This document shows positions 1 through 9,827 of a stretch of 64,000 bases of DNA, one piece after another. The notes under the pieces were generated by a model. It had not been told where the DNA came from, made no database searches, and was given only the letters and a program-made list of their open reading frames with translations. The DNA comes from Nitrosopumilus sp. (GTDB lineage: Archaea > Thermoproteota > Nitrososphaeria > Nitrososphaerales > Nitrosopumilaceae), in NCBI GenBank assembly GCA_965218695.1, contig OZ244651.1:1728001-1792000 (forward strand), written 5' to 3'. Within the stretch, counting starts at the first letter, position 1; each line of letters starts with the position of its first letter. The position numbers and the translations under genes are program-made.

Positions 1-701
1 GCATGCTCCAGGTCATCGCCTGCACCAGGCACGATAAGATCGGTGATCTCCACGTGAATGCTCGTCTTGTCGCGTATCTCCAGCAGGGTGTCAAAGATTG
101 GCTGCGGGTCAGGCACCCCGATGAATCTTCGCGTAAACTCCTTTTCTGCGCTGCCCTTAAAGTCAACGGTGATGCCGTCAAGGAACTGGTCCATCATGGA
201 CACGGATTCCGGGGTGTCGTACCCGTTTGAGACGAATACGTTGAAGAGTCCCCTCTTTCTTGCCTCGATCCCGCAGTCGCGCGCAAACTCGATGAATATG
301 GAGGGCTCGTTGTACGTGTACGCTATGCCGTGGGCGCCGTGTTTTGCGGCAGTCTCTGCCACCTGGACAGGGGTCATGTCGTTGCCCTCGACCTTTCTTC
401 GCTGGCTGATGTCAGAGTTCTGGCAGTACCGGCAGAGCCAGTTGCATCCGGTGGTTGCAATGGAGTAGATCCGGCTTCCCGGATAGTAGTGTGTAAGGGG
501 CTTCTTCTCGATGGGATCAATGTGGCCCGAGATCACCTTGCCGTACGCATAAAGCTGTAGCCTGCCGTCCTCGTTCCCCCTTATCCCGCAGAGGCCGATC
601 TGCCCCTTGCCTATATCGCACAGCCTTGCACACGCCGTGCACTGCACCCTATCGTTTGGGAGCTTACGGTACAGTTCGGCCTCCTTTCCAGGTATACTCA
701 A
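1..701 (-). CDS. amrS: AmmeMemoRadiSam system radical SAM enzyme (3' end outside window)
   Basis: Not in the ORF track; translated by hand from TTG at 701: MSIPGKEAELYRKLPNDRVQCTACARLC...HIDPIEKKP...GCNWLCRYCQN (CxxxCxxC)...IAYTYNEP. Divergent from amrA/amrB. Confidence 0.9.
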   Translation of the reverse strand, partial: MSIPGKEAELYRKLPNDRVQCTACARLCDIGKGQIGLCGIRGNEDGRLQLYAYGKVISGHIDPIEKKPLTHYYPGSRIYSIATTGCNWLCRYCQNSDISQRRKVEGNDMTPVQVAETAAKHGAHGIAYTYNEPSIFIEFARDCGIEARKRGLFNVFVSNGYDTPESVSMMDQFLDGITVDFKGSAEKEFTRRFIGVPDPQPIFDTLLEIRDKTSIHVEITDLIVPGAGDDLEH

Positions 702-734
702 TGTTTTTTATGGCTACTGTGCATATTTAACAGT

Positions 735-1376
735 GTGACAGAACCTGCAGACCTCTCAGACGAACAAGGGGCGGAGCTGGTAATTGCCGCACGGAGGATC
801 GTTGCGGAGTTTCTGGGGGGGAACCAGAAAAGAAGAGGAGATGATGATGATGATGGCAAGTTTGACTCCAGGTTTGGCTTTCACGCCGGAGTCTTTGTGA
901 CGCTGAACAGGAACGGCTCCTTGAGGGGGTGCATCGGGTACCCTCTCCCGTCAATGAGGCTGTGTGACGGACTCGCAGAGGCTGCAGTCTCGGCTGCAAC
1001 CAAAGACCCCAGGTTCAGCCCGGTGACACCAGGCGAGTTGGACACGATCACATTTGAGGTGACCGTTCTCACCGCACCGGTCCGGATCGTTGCAGGGGAT
1101 CCCGAAGGGTACGTCCGGGAAGTCACGGTGGGAAGGCACGGGCTGATGGTGGAAGATGCGTTCTCGTCTGGGCTGCTGCTCCCGCAGGTTCCTGCAGAGT
1201 ACGGATGGGATGCAGAAGAGTTTCTGGCCCACACCTGCATCAAGGCAGGACTTGACAGGGACGCATGGAAGGACCGCTCCACCAGGGTCTCAAGGTTTGA
1301 GGGGGTGATATTCAAAGAAGAGTCCCCCGGAGGCAGAATAACCAGGGAGCCGCCCGGCTGGGGGACATCAGAGTGA
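735..1376 (+). CDS. amrA: AmmeMemoRadiSam system protein A (AMMECR1 family)
   Basis: GVFVTL...LRGCIG, DPRF and GLLLPQV motifs of AMMECR1. Confidence 0.93.
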   Translation: MTEPADLSDEQGAELVIAARRIVAEFLGGNQKRRGDDDDDGKFDSRFGFHAGVFVTLNRNGSLRGCIGYPLPSMRLCDGLAEAAVSAATKDPRFSPVTPGELDTITFEVTVLTAPVRIVAGDPEGYVREVTVGRHGLMVEDAFSSGLLLPQVPAEYGWDAEEFLAHTCIKAGLDRDAWKDRSTRVSRFEGVIFKEESPGGRITREPPGWGTSE

Positions 1377-2218
1377 CTGCACTCAAAAGACCGGCAGTCG
1401 TCGCAGGACAGTTCTATCCGGAAAAGGCAGAGGACCTGGAGGCCATGATAGCATCGTGCAGTATGCACAGGTGCGGCCCCGGCAGGCAGCAGGCAGACGA
1501 CGGCAGGAGGGTGTACGGGGTGGTAAGCCCCCATGCAGGCTACATGTACTCCGGACCCACCGCATGCCACGCTTACAGGGCCATATCGCTGCAGGAGCCG
1601 GAGCTTGTAGTCATTGTGGGGCCGAACCACTACGGCATAGGAAGGGATGCGGCGACCATGACAGATGCAGAATGGGAGACGCCGCTGGGGATGGTCAGGG
1701 TGGACTCGGATTCTGCAAGGAGCCTGTCAGGCATATCAGGTACCGTCGAGATCGACTACCACTCCCATTCCAGGGATCACAGCCTTGAGGTCCAGATACC
1801 CATGTTGCAGTCCACGTTCCCAGGGGGGTTTGAGATTCTTCCGATAATCCTGAAATCGCAGGACCGCGACACGGCAGAGGATGTCGGGGTGGCCATATCA
1901 GAGGTTGTAGCAAAGAGGAAGAAGAATACAGTCATCGTCGCCTCGTCTGATTTTACCCACTACGAGGAGCAGTCCTTTGCCCGCATGCAGGACATGGCCC
2001 TGATCAAGCCCATACTGGACATGGACGTGGAGGCATTCTATGACGTGCTGGAAAGAAAGAGGGTGTCTGCATGCGGGTACGGGGCCATCGCATCGGCCAT
2101 GACTGCATGCAGGAGGCTTGGCGCAACAAGGGGCGTTCTGTTGGGGTATGCCACAAGCGGGGACGTGTCGGGGGATACCGAATCCGTGGTGGGGTACGGC
2201 GCGATAAAGTTTGTCTGA
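1373..2218 (+). CDS. amrB: AmmeMemoRadiSam system protein B (MEMO1 family)
   Basis: RPAVVAGQFYP, PHAGYMYSG, GPNH, HSLEVQ, ASSDFTHY, CGYG, VVGY; 4-bp overlap with amrA. Confidence 0.93.
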   Translation: MTALKRPAVVAGQFYPEKAEDLEAMIASCSMHRCGPGRQQADDGRRVYGVVSPHAGYMYSGPTACHAYRAISLQEPELVVIVGPNHYGIGRDAATMTDAEWETPLGMVRVDSDSARSLSGISGTVEIDYHSHSRDHSLEVQIPMLQSTFPGGFEILPIILKSQDRDTAEDVGVAISEVVAKRKKNTVIVASSDFTHYEEQSFARMQDMALIKPILDMDVEAFYDVLERKRVSACGYGAIASAMTACRRLGATRGVLLGYATSGDVSGDTESVVGYGAIKFV

Positions 2219-2261
2219 GGCGTCTGCTGCCGTCGTGCCGGAGAATCAGGCAGGAGGAGGG

Positions 2262-3665
2262 CTATCCTGAAGGCGTTTCTGCCTGACGCGTTATCAGGCT
2301 GCCGTATCCTGGACGCCCGATCACCTCAAAGTCTTCGGCGACTGTCTCCCCGCGCACGATCGTCTTAACGGGCCATCCCCTGAGGACCATTCCCTCGTAC
2401 ACAGCATAGTCTGAGAACCCCCCGAACAGATCAGAGGTTACCTTCTTTTCCATCCTCAAGTCGATCATGGCAATGTCTGCATCCGATCCCTTCCGGATTG
2501 CCCCCTTGCGCGGATACATGTTGAATATACGGGATGCATTGTAGCTTGTAACCCTTACAAACTGCTCCAAGGTGATCCTGTTCCGGTTGACGCCGTCGTT
2601 GAGCAGTATGGGAATGATCGTTCCGATGCCGGGGAATCCTGCCAGGGCCCCCCACACGTCATCGCCTCCCAGCTTGAGCCTGAGTCTGTTGGCGACATGG
2701 TCAGTACCCACGGTGTCAACGAGATTCCCGGACAGCGCGCCCCAGACTGCCCTCTGGTCCTCCAGCGTCCTGATCGGCGGCATGACCTTGGCAAGGTATC
2801 CATTCTGAGTCTCGTGTGAGAGGGTCAGGTAGTGCGGGCATGTCTCCACAAATATCTTGGTGCCAAGCCGCCGCTCCTCCTGAATCTGTGCAAGCGCCCT
2901 TGCCGATCCCACATGGACAAAGTAGATGACGCATCCGTGCCTCCGCCCAAACTCTGAGACTGTCCGTATCGCCTTTGCCTCAGACTCTGGAGATCTGCTG
3001 TGCGACCATGCCGACAGCCCGTCCTGCTTCTTCTCCTGCGCGATCCTGATTCCGCACCCGCACGACTCGTAGTCCTCGGCATGAACCAACACCGGACAGC
3101 CAAGGGATGCGGCAGCCATCACGGTCTTTTCCACTATCGCATCGGTAACCTCCACCTGTGCTGCCACGAGCCCGGAGGATCCAGGCGGCATGTCCATGTA
3201 GACATGGCCCACCTCGCCGCCCAGGTTCATGTAAATTTTAAACGACGTGATTCCCCTCTCAACGCAGAATCCCATCTGGCTGATCTGCGCGTCGTTGAAG
3301 ACAGACGCGTGGAGGGCATAATCGATGTGGTGGTTTCTGGAGGAGGCATCAAGCTGGGCAGGAAGGGCATCGCGGAACGGGCCGCCCAGCCTCAGCATTC
3401 TCATCATGGTGGTTATGCCCCCGATTGCCGCAGCGTGCGACTCGGTCTGGGCAGCCTGGTCAATCGGGGAGTAGACGCCGTAGTGTACGTGCGTGTCTAT
3501 CGGGCCGGGAACAGAGACCAGTCCGCGGCCGTTGATCTTGCGATCGCATGGGGGCACGTCGCTTGAGATGCCGACTATCCTCCCCCCGTCAATTATGATG
3601 TTCTTGTCGACCATGCCGTCTGGCAGCATGACATGCGAGTCGACGATCACAGCATCATGGGTCAT
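2262..3665 (-). CDS. Dihydroorotase/allantoinase/hydantoinase-family cyclic amidohydrolase
   Basis: PGPIDTHVH, AAAIGGITT, SFKIYM, VHAED, ETCPHYL, GTDH, GSDADI. Start moved to MTHDAVIV at 3665 because the longer ORF runs into the IS. Confidence 0.85.
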   Translation of the reverse strand: MTHDAVIVDSHVMLPDGMVDKNIIIDGGRIVGISSDVPPCDRKINGRGLVSVPGPIDTHVHYGVYSPIDQAAQTESHAAAIGGITTMMRMLRLGGPFRDALPAQLDASSRNHHIDYALHASVFNDAQISQMGFCVERGITSFKIYMNLGGEVGHVYMDMPPGSSGLVAAQVEVTDAIVEKTVMAAASLGCPVLVHAEDYESCGCGIRIAQEKKQDGLSAWSHSRSPESEAKAIRTVSEFGRRHGCVIYFVHVGSARALAQIQEERRLGTKIFVETCPHYLTLSHETQNGYLAKVMPPIRTLEDQRAVWGALSGNLVDTVGTDHVANRLRLKLGGDDVWGALAGFPGIGTIIPILLNDGVNRNRITLEQFVRVTSYNASRIFNMYPRKGAIRKGSDADIAMIDLRMEKKVTSDLFGGFSDYAVYEGMVLRGWPVKTIVRGETVAEDFEVIGRPGYGSLITRQAETPSG

Positions 3666-3718
3666 TGGAGATTCATGCTGACTGCATGCTATTATGCGTT
3701 GAGAGGAGGGGCGGCGCA

Positions 3719-5150
3719 TGTGGGATCCCGAAAGTAGTTCGCCCCCCTCCAAGACTTGGAGGTACTTCCATGTTTGATGTTGCCGGCTGTTGCATAATTG
3801 TCTTGTGTTGGATCCTGCGTCCGGAATCATGAATTTTTGTCATTTCCACTCCACGCATGACGACTTTCAAAAAATTGTGCGCAACATCCCCCAGGATGGG
3901 GCGCGGTTGTGACGTCGTGCCGGACAGCTATTCTGCGCGGTATTCCTCACCGGTCTGGCCGTCCACTACCATCTCTCCTGCAGGGGGCATCTTTCTTTCG
4001 AATGCCTGCGCCGGGGTCTCGAGGTTGTCCCAGTCAAGGGACATGTGCGGCCGGTCGTGGTTGTACCACTCCATGAACCGCTCCACGGGATCCTTTGCTG
4101 GCGCGGTGCAAAACGGCCCTCCAACGTGGGAATCCCCTGAGGCGCCGCGCCTGGTCTTGGCAGAAGATGCCGCCTCGAACCGGCGCAGCTTGCGCTGCAT
4201 CTCCCCGTGCAGGCGCTCCAGCTTGCCGTTGGTTTGGGGGTGCCGCACGCGCGCCAGTATGTGCCTGATTCCAAGCTCGACTAGCCTCTGCTCGAACCTG
4301 GAGGCTCCCTTCTTCTTGACCTCGGATTCCGTGGCATAGAACTGGGCGCCGCGGTCAGTCAGGATCGATGCGGGCTTGCCGTAATTTTTTATGGCCTCGT
4401 CGAGCACCTTCAGGGCGTTTTCGGTTGTCGCCTCCTCAAATACCCCAAATCCGGTCACGAAGCGCGAGGCGTCGTCTTCATAGCACAGGAACCACCTGCC
4501 GTCGTCAAGCTGTTTGTAGTCTGTGTGCCACATCGAGTTGGAGTGCTCGCGCTCGTAGCGGATCCACTTGCGGCGCTGGCTCTTCCTTGGCTGGGTGTCT
4601 GCAAAATCGGCATCCTTCAATATCCTGTGCAGGACGTTGTGTGGGATATGTATTCCTGTAAGCGACTTTATGATGCGCTCCAGGGACGCTGCCCCGTGGA
4701 CTGCAGTGGACGCAGCCGATAAAACCGCCGAATGATCCCGCCTCCCGGGCGCGCACTTTTTGGGCCTGCCCATGGGAGCAGGATACGCGATCCGATCCTT
4801 GTCCCTGTACCTCTTCCACAGCTTTTGGACCCAGCGGACCGACACTCCCATGCTTGCTGCAATCTCTTTGTTGCGGGAATTCTTGCGCTTTTCTTGTATG
4901 ATCCATTCGACTTTGGACTGGTCAAGCTTTTTCATCACTCGCACTCTCCGTCTTCCTATATGACGCCACACGGCCGAGCGTCTCCACCGACGGGAAACCC
5001 ACACACCGTCGTTTCTGGTAAGGGACAGGCTGACTGCATTTCCCAGTAATCTTGCACGCGATGCCATGCCGCGGATAATGTCCTTCATTGGGCATGTCCA
5101 CCCCGGGCCGGAGCCTCATGTGGGGGGTGAACAACTTTCGGGACTATACA
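3719..5150 (-). mobile_element. IS481/IS1202-like insertion sequence with 15-bp target duplication
   Basis: Imperfect terminal IRs TGTGGGATCCCGAAAGTAGTTCGCCCCCC and revcomp TGTATAGTCCCGAAAGTTGTTCACCCCCC; flanking direct repeat AGGAGGGGCGGCGCA at 3704-3718 and 5151-5165. Confidence 0.9.
3928..4935 (-). CDS. DDE integrase-core (rve) transposase, IS481-like
   Basis: N-terminal HTH (VSVRWVQKLWKRY), WHTD, DDASR, LTDRGAQF, PQTNGKLER, YNHDRPH. Confidence 0.9.
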   Translation of the reverse strand: MKKLDQSKVEWIIQEKRKNSRNKEIAASMGVSVRWVQKLWKRYRDKDRIAYPAPMGRPKKCAPGRRDHSAVLSAASTAVHGAASLERIIKSLTGIHIPHNVLHRILKDADFADTQPRKSQRRKWIRYEREHSNSMWHTDYKQLDDGRWFLCYEDDASRFVTGFGVFEEATTENALKVLDEAIKNYGKPASILTDRGAQFYATESEVKKKGASRFEQRLVELGIRHILARVRHPQTNGKLERLHGEMQRKLRRFEAASSAKTRRGASGDSHVGGPFCTAPAKDPVERFMEWYNHDRPHMSLDWDNLETPAQAFERKMPPAGEMVVDGQTGEEYRAE

Positions 5151-5243
5151 AGGAGGGGCGGCGCACGCCATGCATGTCCTCCATCCGGAACGGCCCTGCC
5201 TGCCAAGAAAATGATTAAAAACGCGATCCTGTGAGACTAACGG

Positions 5244-5315
5244 GGGCCGGTGGTTTAGGGGCATAATGCCTCGTTCGCAACGAGGATGTCGGGGGTTCGA
5301 TTCCCCCCCGGTCCA
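5244..5315 (+). tRNA. tRNA-Ala (CGC)
   Basis: Acceptor GGGCCGG/CCGGTCC-A with G3:U70; anticodon arm CCTCG-TTCGCAA-CGAGG; T arm GGGGG-TTCGATT-CCCCC. Confidence 0.95.
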
Positions 5316-5462
5316 CCTTGGTCCCATACAGGGTTTGTGGACGCACAGGACCGGACGGGGTGTGCGCGTGGTGACCGAAGAGTGGTCTTGGTCTCAAGTT
5401 CCCCAGCCTGTGTTTCCCGGTGCCTAGAAACTATTATACGTAAACAGGAAACACCAAACTAC

Positions 5463-5819
5463 ATGGAGACGTTTGACGGCAAAAAGGCCGCACAGGAATA
5501 CATGTCAAAGCACACCTTGGCGTTTTCGACCCCGGAGCTGACGCTGATGAGGTTTGCGTTCTGGTTGGGGGACTCCGTTCCGGATCCTGACAACGCCGGA
5601 AAGGGAAGACCAAGGATGATGACATTCATGACAGAGCAGGACTTTGAGCCTGTGCTTATTGACGATGACAAGTACGAGCCCACGGGAGCCGTCCGAAGCG
5701 CGGCCGTTTACGGCAATGCCTACAAGGAGGAGAAGAGCGACGGAAGGTTCTGTTCAGAGTGCGGCGCAGGCATCTCTGCTACGGCAAAGTTCTGTCCCGA
5801 GTGCGGGACAACACAGTAA
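5463..5819 (+). CDS. Zinc-ribbon domain protein
   Basis: C-terminal FCSECGAGISATAKFCPECG; start at METFDGKK. Confidence 0.8.
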   Translation: METFDGKKAAQEYMSKHTLAFSTPELTLMRFAFWLGDSVPDPDNAGKGRPRMMTFMTEQDFEPVLIDDDKYEPTGAVRSAAVYGNAYKEEKSDGRFCSECGAGISATAKFCPECGTTQ

Positions 5820-5897
5820 CGGATTCACGCCAAGCCTGCCGCAGATATAACAACAGAGATTATCTTCCATCCGTGCCCACGGCAACGGATCCGGTCG

Positions 5898-6440
5898 CTA
5901 AACCTTGGTGCCACACTTTGTACAGAACTTTGCCCCTGCTCTAAGATCCGCACCGCATGAGGCGCAGTTGTTGGATCCAATACTTGCAGGCTGCTGCTGT
6001 CTTGGCAACAGTGCCGGATCCGGCGAAGGCAGGGTCCCGACATCGCCAAACGACTCGGCTGCAGAGACTATTCCTGGCGGACCCCCTACAGGATTCTGTG
6101 CCGTGCCTGCCCTTGGAGGCACCCCCATTCCTCCTCCTGCCATCATTCCCGGATTGCCCATTCCGGGCATAAGGCCTGGGGATTGCGTGGTGCCGGCCTT
6201 GGATCCCATGGACTTTTTCATCTCAAACATCACCTTGATTGCCAAAAATTCCAGTGCAGAATACGCAACTACGTAATCGCCGAGTTTTTGGAAGAACTCC
6301 TTGTCAGACAGATGGCCCTTCTTGTACATGTTGTTGGTGTCCAGAAAGGATTCATAGTACCCCTGTGACTCGCTAAACAGACTGTCCAGCTTGTCAAAGA
6401 GCATGTTCAGGGTGTCTACTTCTCCAAATGACATGAACAT
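5898..6440 (-). CDS. Zinc-ribbon domain protein with Gly/Pro/Met-rich linker
   Basis: C-terminal CASCGADLRAGAKFCTKCG; helical N-terminal domain. Confidence 0.8.
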   Translation of the reverse strand: MFMSFGEVDTLNMLFDKLDSLFSESQGYYESFLDTNNMYKKGHLSDKEFFQKLGDYVVAYSALEFLAIKVMFEMKKSMGSKAGTTQSPGLMPGMGNPGMMAGGGMGVPPRAGTAQNPVGGPPGIVSAAESFGDVGTLPSPDPALLPRQQQPASIGSNNCASCGADLRAGAKFCTKCGTKV

Positions 6441-6838
6441 GGACAGTATTCGTGTTATTAATTACTTATGGATGGTTTTAGGTAACTGGTTAGGTTCACG
6501 ACTTGATTTTGAGGTCAACAGACAGCGAACCTAACCGTTTACGGTTTTAGTGTTGTTGCAAGTTGTAGATTCTCGCATATTCGTGCCTGCGCAAAGGCCT
6601 CGGCCGGATATGAAGGGTGTCAGCCAGTCCAAGGTGTCCCCGTTCCGGAAATCGGTGGCAAGTCCGGCGGCGACGGCCAGCACGGATGCGACGGCGACGG
6701 TGGCCGCCAGCCTAGCGACTCTCCCCTTCCCCCAAATTGGCCGGACGGCCTTACGCGGGTCATGCGTTACATGGTCTGGGTAGCAAAGTGCTACACTGCG
6801 CGATACCCGCAATATGTGACATCATATAACGGTAAATG

Positions 6839-6926
6839 AGACATAATCCGTAATTAGCAGTTAGGCAAAGTGGACGTGGGTGCTAGGCACAGATTCACAA
6901 CAAATCGTTCATTACGGATTATGTCT
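6839..6926. mobile_element. Short IS5-derived MITE-like element (pair of inverted IS ends)
   Basis: AGACATAATCCGTAAT(TAGCA) at 6839 and ATTACGGATTATGTCT at 6911-6926, matching the IS5 end at 9107-9127. Confidence 0.65.
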
Positions 6927-7757
6927 CATGGATAGACAGCATTTTTTGTATTTTTTCCCCGAACCACAGGGGCAGCGTTCGTTTCTGCCTACCTTCGGGA
7001 TTGTGTGTGGCCCGGCACTGCCTCTGTCGCCGTCCGCATATTTGTATGGGTTCTCATCGTGATACGAGAAAATGTACAGGGGATCCATTGGAACCCCGCG
7101 TGATGGATTGAACGTGCCAGCATATACGCCGTCAAGATAATCCAGATCGAAATAATCATCTAGGATAAAGCCTGTCTCCAACGAGTCCTTTAGGTATCCG
7201 TACAGGTCGGGATCTTTCAGGTCCAGCAGGACATTGACAAGTACGGTCCTTGTTACAATGTCAGTCTCGTTTTGTGCGGCATCCTTTATCGATGCAACTA
7301 TGCCCGATTTTACCTCCGGATTGTCCATGGCGATCATAATCAACGCGTCTGCCGTGCCGCCTCGCACGAACGTGTCGGCACCATCGTACCGCATGAGGGC
7401 AGTCAACGTCGGTATGGCACCGACCCCCATGTGTGCCAGCACGTACGGCATGTCCTCAGTCAGCCAGTCACCGGTTTCTTCATAATGCCTTATGATGGCT
7501 GTGTTTATGACCAGCTGCGCCCTGTAATGTTTCATCTTGGCCAGAATATGTATTGCACATATTGGAACCAAGCTGTCATCATCCAGATCGTTCCAGTACT
7601 CGTCATCTGTCGCAAGTTGTGCCAAACGATGGAACGACTCTTCCCCCATTTCCAATATGCCGCGTACGGTCTTCTCATCAGTGTAGATTCCATCCGATTC
7701 CAGTATGGAGATCATGCTTGCCATAACCAACAAGCCATGTGAAACGCCGCGATTCAT
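6912..7757 (-). CDS. DUF1186-like helical-repeat protein with C-terminal SEC-C zinc motif
   Basis: [20 protein letters not shown] (SEC-C); [13 protein letters not shown] and [10 protein letters not shown] resemble DUF1186. Confidence 0.75.
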   Translation of the reverse strand: MNRGVSHGLLVMASMISILESDGIYTDEKTVRGILEMGEESFHRLAQLATDDEYWNDLDDDSLVPICAIHILAKMKHYRAQLVINTAIIRHYEETGDWLTEDMPYVLAHMGVGAIPTLTALMRYDGADTFVRGGTADALIMIAMDNPEVKSGIVASIKDAAQNETDIVTRTVLVNVLLDLKDPDLYGYLKDSLETGFILDDYFDLDYLDGVYAGTFNPSRGVPMDPLYIFSYHDENPYKYADGDRGSAGPHTIPKVGRNERCPCGSGKKYKKCCLSMRHNP

Positions 7758-7952
7758 TAATGTTGTTCAGTGGCGGCTCTGTAAGGTTACGGTGACCCGC
7801 GACTTGACTGATCCGCATCGACTGAAGTATTCGAATCCGGCATCCCGGATCTAGCCCTCACCACCGTCGCTTCACTTGCGGATCCGACTGGGCCAAACCA
7901 CCACAGCCCACGCGCCAGGATGTTGCGCCCGGCATTCTTGTCACGATCCATG

Positions 7953-9127
7953 AGACATTATCATCCGTAATTGGGCATAACCACGCGATTGGGCACATTG
8001 TCGAACCAAATCCGGTCGGTTGCAGGGATTACAGGTCAATTCGGGCTCACCCGATGATCAAAACTATACGTCAGCCGTGTTTTATTCTGATTGCCAATGT
8101 CAAAGCATGTCATTATACGACAGATTGGCAAAAAAGCCCAAACTGTTCACCCGGTGCACTGGACTGACAGTCTCCGAATTTAATTTGGTGGCAGGGCGGC
8201 TGGCAAAAAAATACCCCAAGGCAGAGCAAAAGCGACTCTCCAAAAGAAGCAGGGTGCGCGGCATCGGTGCCGGACGCAGGTGGAAACTGGATCTGAAAGA
8301 CAGGTTCCTTCTGGTCCTGTTTTATTACAGGACATACGCCACGCAGGATCTTCTTGCCATGGTGTTTCAGGTGGGCCAGGCTAGCGTGTCCCGCAGCATG
8401 GGGGCACTAGAGCCGTCGATCCGGCAGTGCGTTCCGCTTCCGTCAAAGATCTACGCCAGCATCAAGGCCACCAGAACGCTTGACGATCTTGAGGAGATCA
8501 TTCCGGGCATGACTGCCCTGATTGATGCATCCGAGCAGCAGATACAGCGGCCCGGGCGCAAGGACATGGAACGGTCCCACTACTCGGGCAAGGCACACAG
8601 GCACACATCCAAGGTCCAGTACACATCGGCCACGGACGGCCTCATCCTTCACAAGACCAGGCATTCTCCAGGCAGAATCCACGACTTTACAGTATTCAAA
8701 AAGAAACACCCGACGTTCCCTGAGAATCTTCCATGCAAGGACGGGAGCAAGGACAAGGAAAGGATCAAGGTCAGAGAGATCCTGGATGGCGGATACCAGG
8801 GGATCAACAAAGAATTTCCTGACCGGGATGCCGTAGTGCCGTACAAGAAGCAAAAAGGCGCAGAATTGTCCCCCGAGCAGAAGGAATTCAACAAAAAACA
8901 CTCAAAGATGCGGGTGTATGTAGAGCATGCAATCCGCAGGGTCAAGCGGTTTCGCATCATGAGCGACGTCTACCGGAATCGCCTGAAAAAGTACGACACC
9001 GTCAATGACATCGTCTGCGGATTTGCCAACCTCAGGGTTCTCCTAGTCCGGGAAGCAACCGGATAGGAGTCAAAAAACCTACACAGTATGGGAAAATATG
9101 TACAATTGCTAATTACGGATTATGTCT
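7953..9127 (+). mobile_element. IS5-family insertion sequence
   Basis: Degenerate left IR AGACATTATCATCCGTAATT, right IR TGCTAATTACGGATTATGTCT; ATG on both flanks; transposase inside. Confidence 0.8.
8107..9066 (+). CDS. IS5-family transposase (HTH + DDE_Tnp_4-like)
   Basis: TGLTVSEF, LIDASEQ, YSGK, GRIHD, DGGYQG, RVYVEHAIRRVKRF. Confidence 0.88.
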   Translation: MSLYDRLAKKPKLFTRCTGLTVSEFNLVAGRLAKKYPKAEQKRLSKRSRVRGIGAGRRWKLDLKDRFLLVLFYYRTYATQDLLAMVFQVGQASVSRSMGALEPSIRQCVPLPSKIYASIKATRTLDDLEEIIPGMTALIDASEQQIQRPGRKDMERSHYSGKAHRHTSKVQYTSATDGLILHKTRHSPGRIHDFTVFKKKHPTFPENLPCKDGSKDKERIKVREILDGGYQGINKEFPDRDAVVPYKKQKGAELSPEQKEFNKKHSKMRVYVEHAIRRVKRFRIMSDVYRNRLKKYDTVNDIVCGFANLRVLLVREATG

Positions 9128-9416
9128 ATGGTAGTCGGCCTAATCCGCCGGACAAGGGTTCTCGCAATGGGCGTGACCGGAGGCGCGTTTTGGGTTGGCG
9201 TGGCAACACCAGATCCGCTCCCGGCTGGCCGTCCCGGGCTTTGCCGCCTCCCTTAATCCATGCGGCTTGTGGCAACCTAGCAGCGTGCGCCTATGAAGTA
9301 TTGTCCATGAACTATATAATTAATATGTATATATTCACATGTATATATATTGATACCCATATATAGACATATATCGATATAACTAGCTTTATCAAAGGTA
9401 AACGTGTATATCCAGC

Positions 9417-9566
9417 GTGAATAAAGTGTTGGATTTTGTATCCGTAGTATCCCACCAAGGAAAAATGAGGGTGATCGTCATCCCAAAACGATTCCACAAG
9501 AACGTAGATGACCTTGATGGAAAGCAGATCCGAATTATCGTGGAAGATATTTTGGCAGATCTATAG
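9417..9566 (+). CDS. Small (49 aa) AbrB/swapped-hairpin-like protein, below the ORF-track cut-off
   Basis: GTG start; MNKVLDFVSVVSHQGKMRVIVIPKRFHKNVDDLDGKQIRIIVEDILADL*; preceded by an AT-rich promoter-like tract. Confidence 0.55.
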   Translation: MNKVLDFVSVVSHQGKMRVIVIPKRFHKNVDDLDGKQIRIIVEDILADL

Positions 9567-9827
9567 GAAGAAGTCTAGAATTTTTGTGTCTGATAGCCCA
9601 TGGTTGCTGCATGCCTGATGCTCGAGCCCTTTTTTTGGGCGCCTGAACTGCAATTCAAAGGCTTCCTTTTGACAGCTTGGTCGGCGGTGCCGTGCCACTA
9701 TCGCGGCGTCGCATCGTATCTCCCGGCAAGCCAGCAGTGCCCGGGTATCTGCGGATCTACCCCAAGGATAGAGCCAGGTGTGGCATGAATGTCACTAATC
9801 AAAAAATAGAAAAGATGTGCGTGTAGA

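Noticed and set aside
881-1630. Long antisense ORFs (also 23064-24674, 27272-27997, 35661-36431)
   Set aside because: They are shadows of well-supported genes on the opposite strand in GC-rich DNA.
5244-5315. tRNA-Ala or tRNA-Val as an attachment site for an integrated element
   Set aside because: No duplicated tRNA 3' end and no integrase were seen in the window.
6531-6812. 93-aa minus-strand ORF with one hydrophobic stretch
   Set aside because: Weak start and no family motif; may be a fragment truncated by the adjacent IS end.
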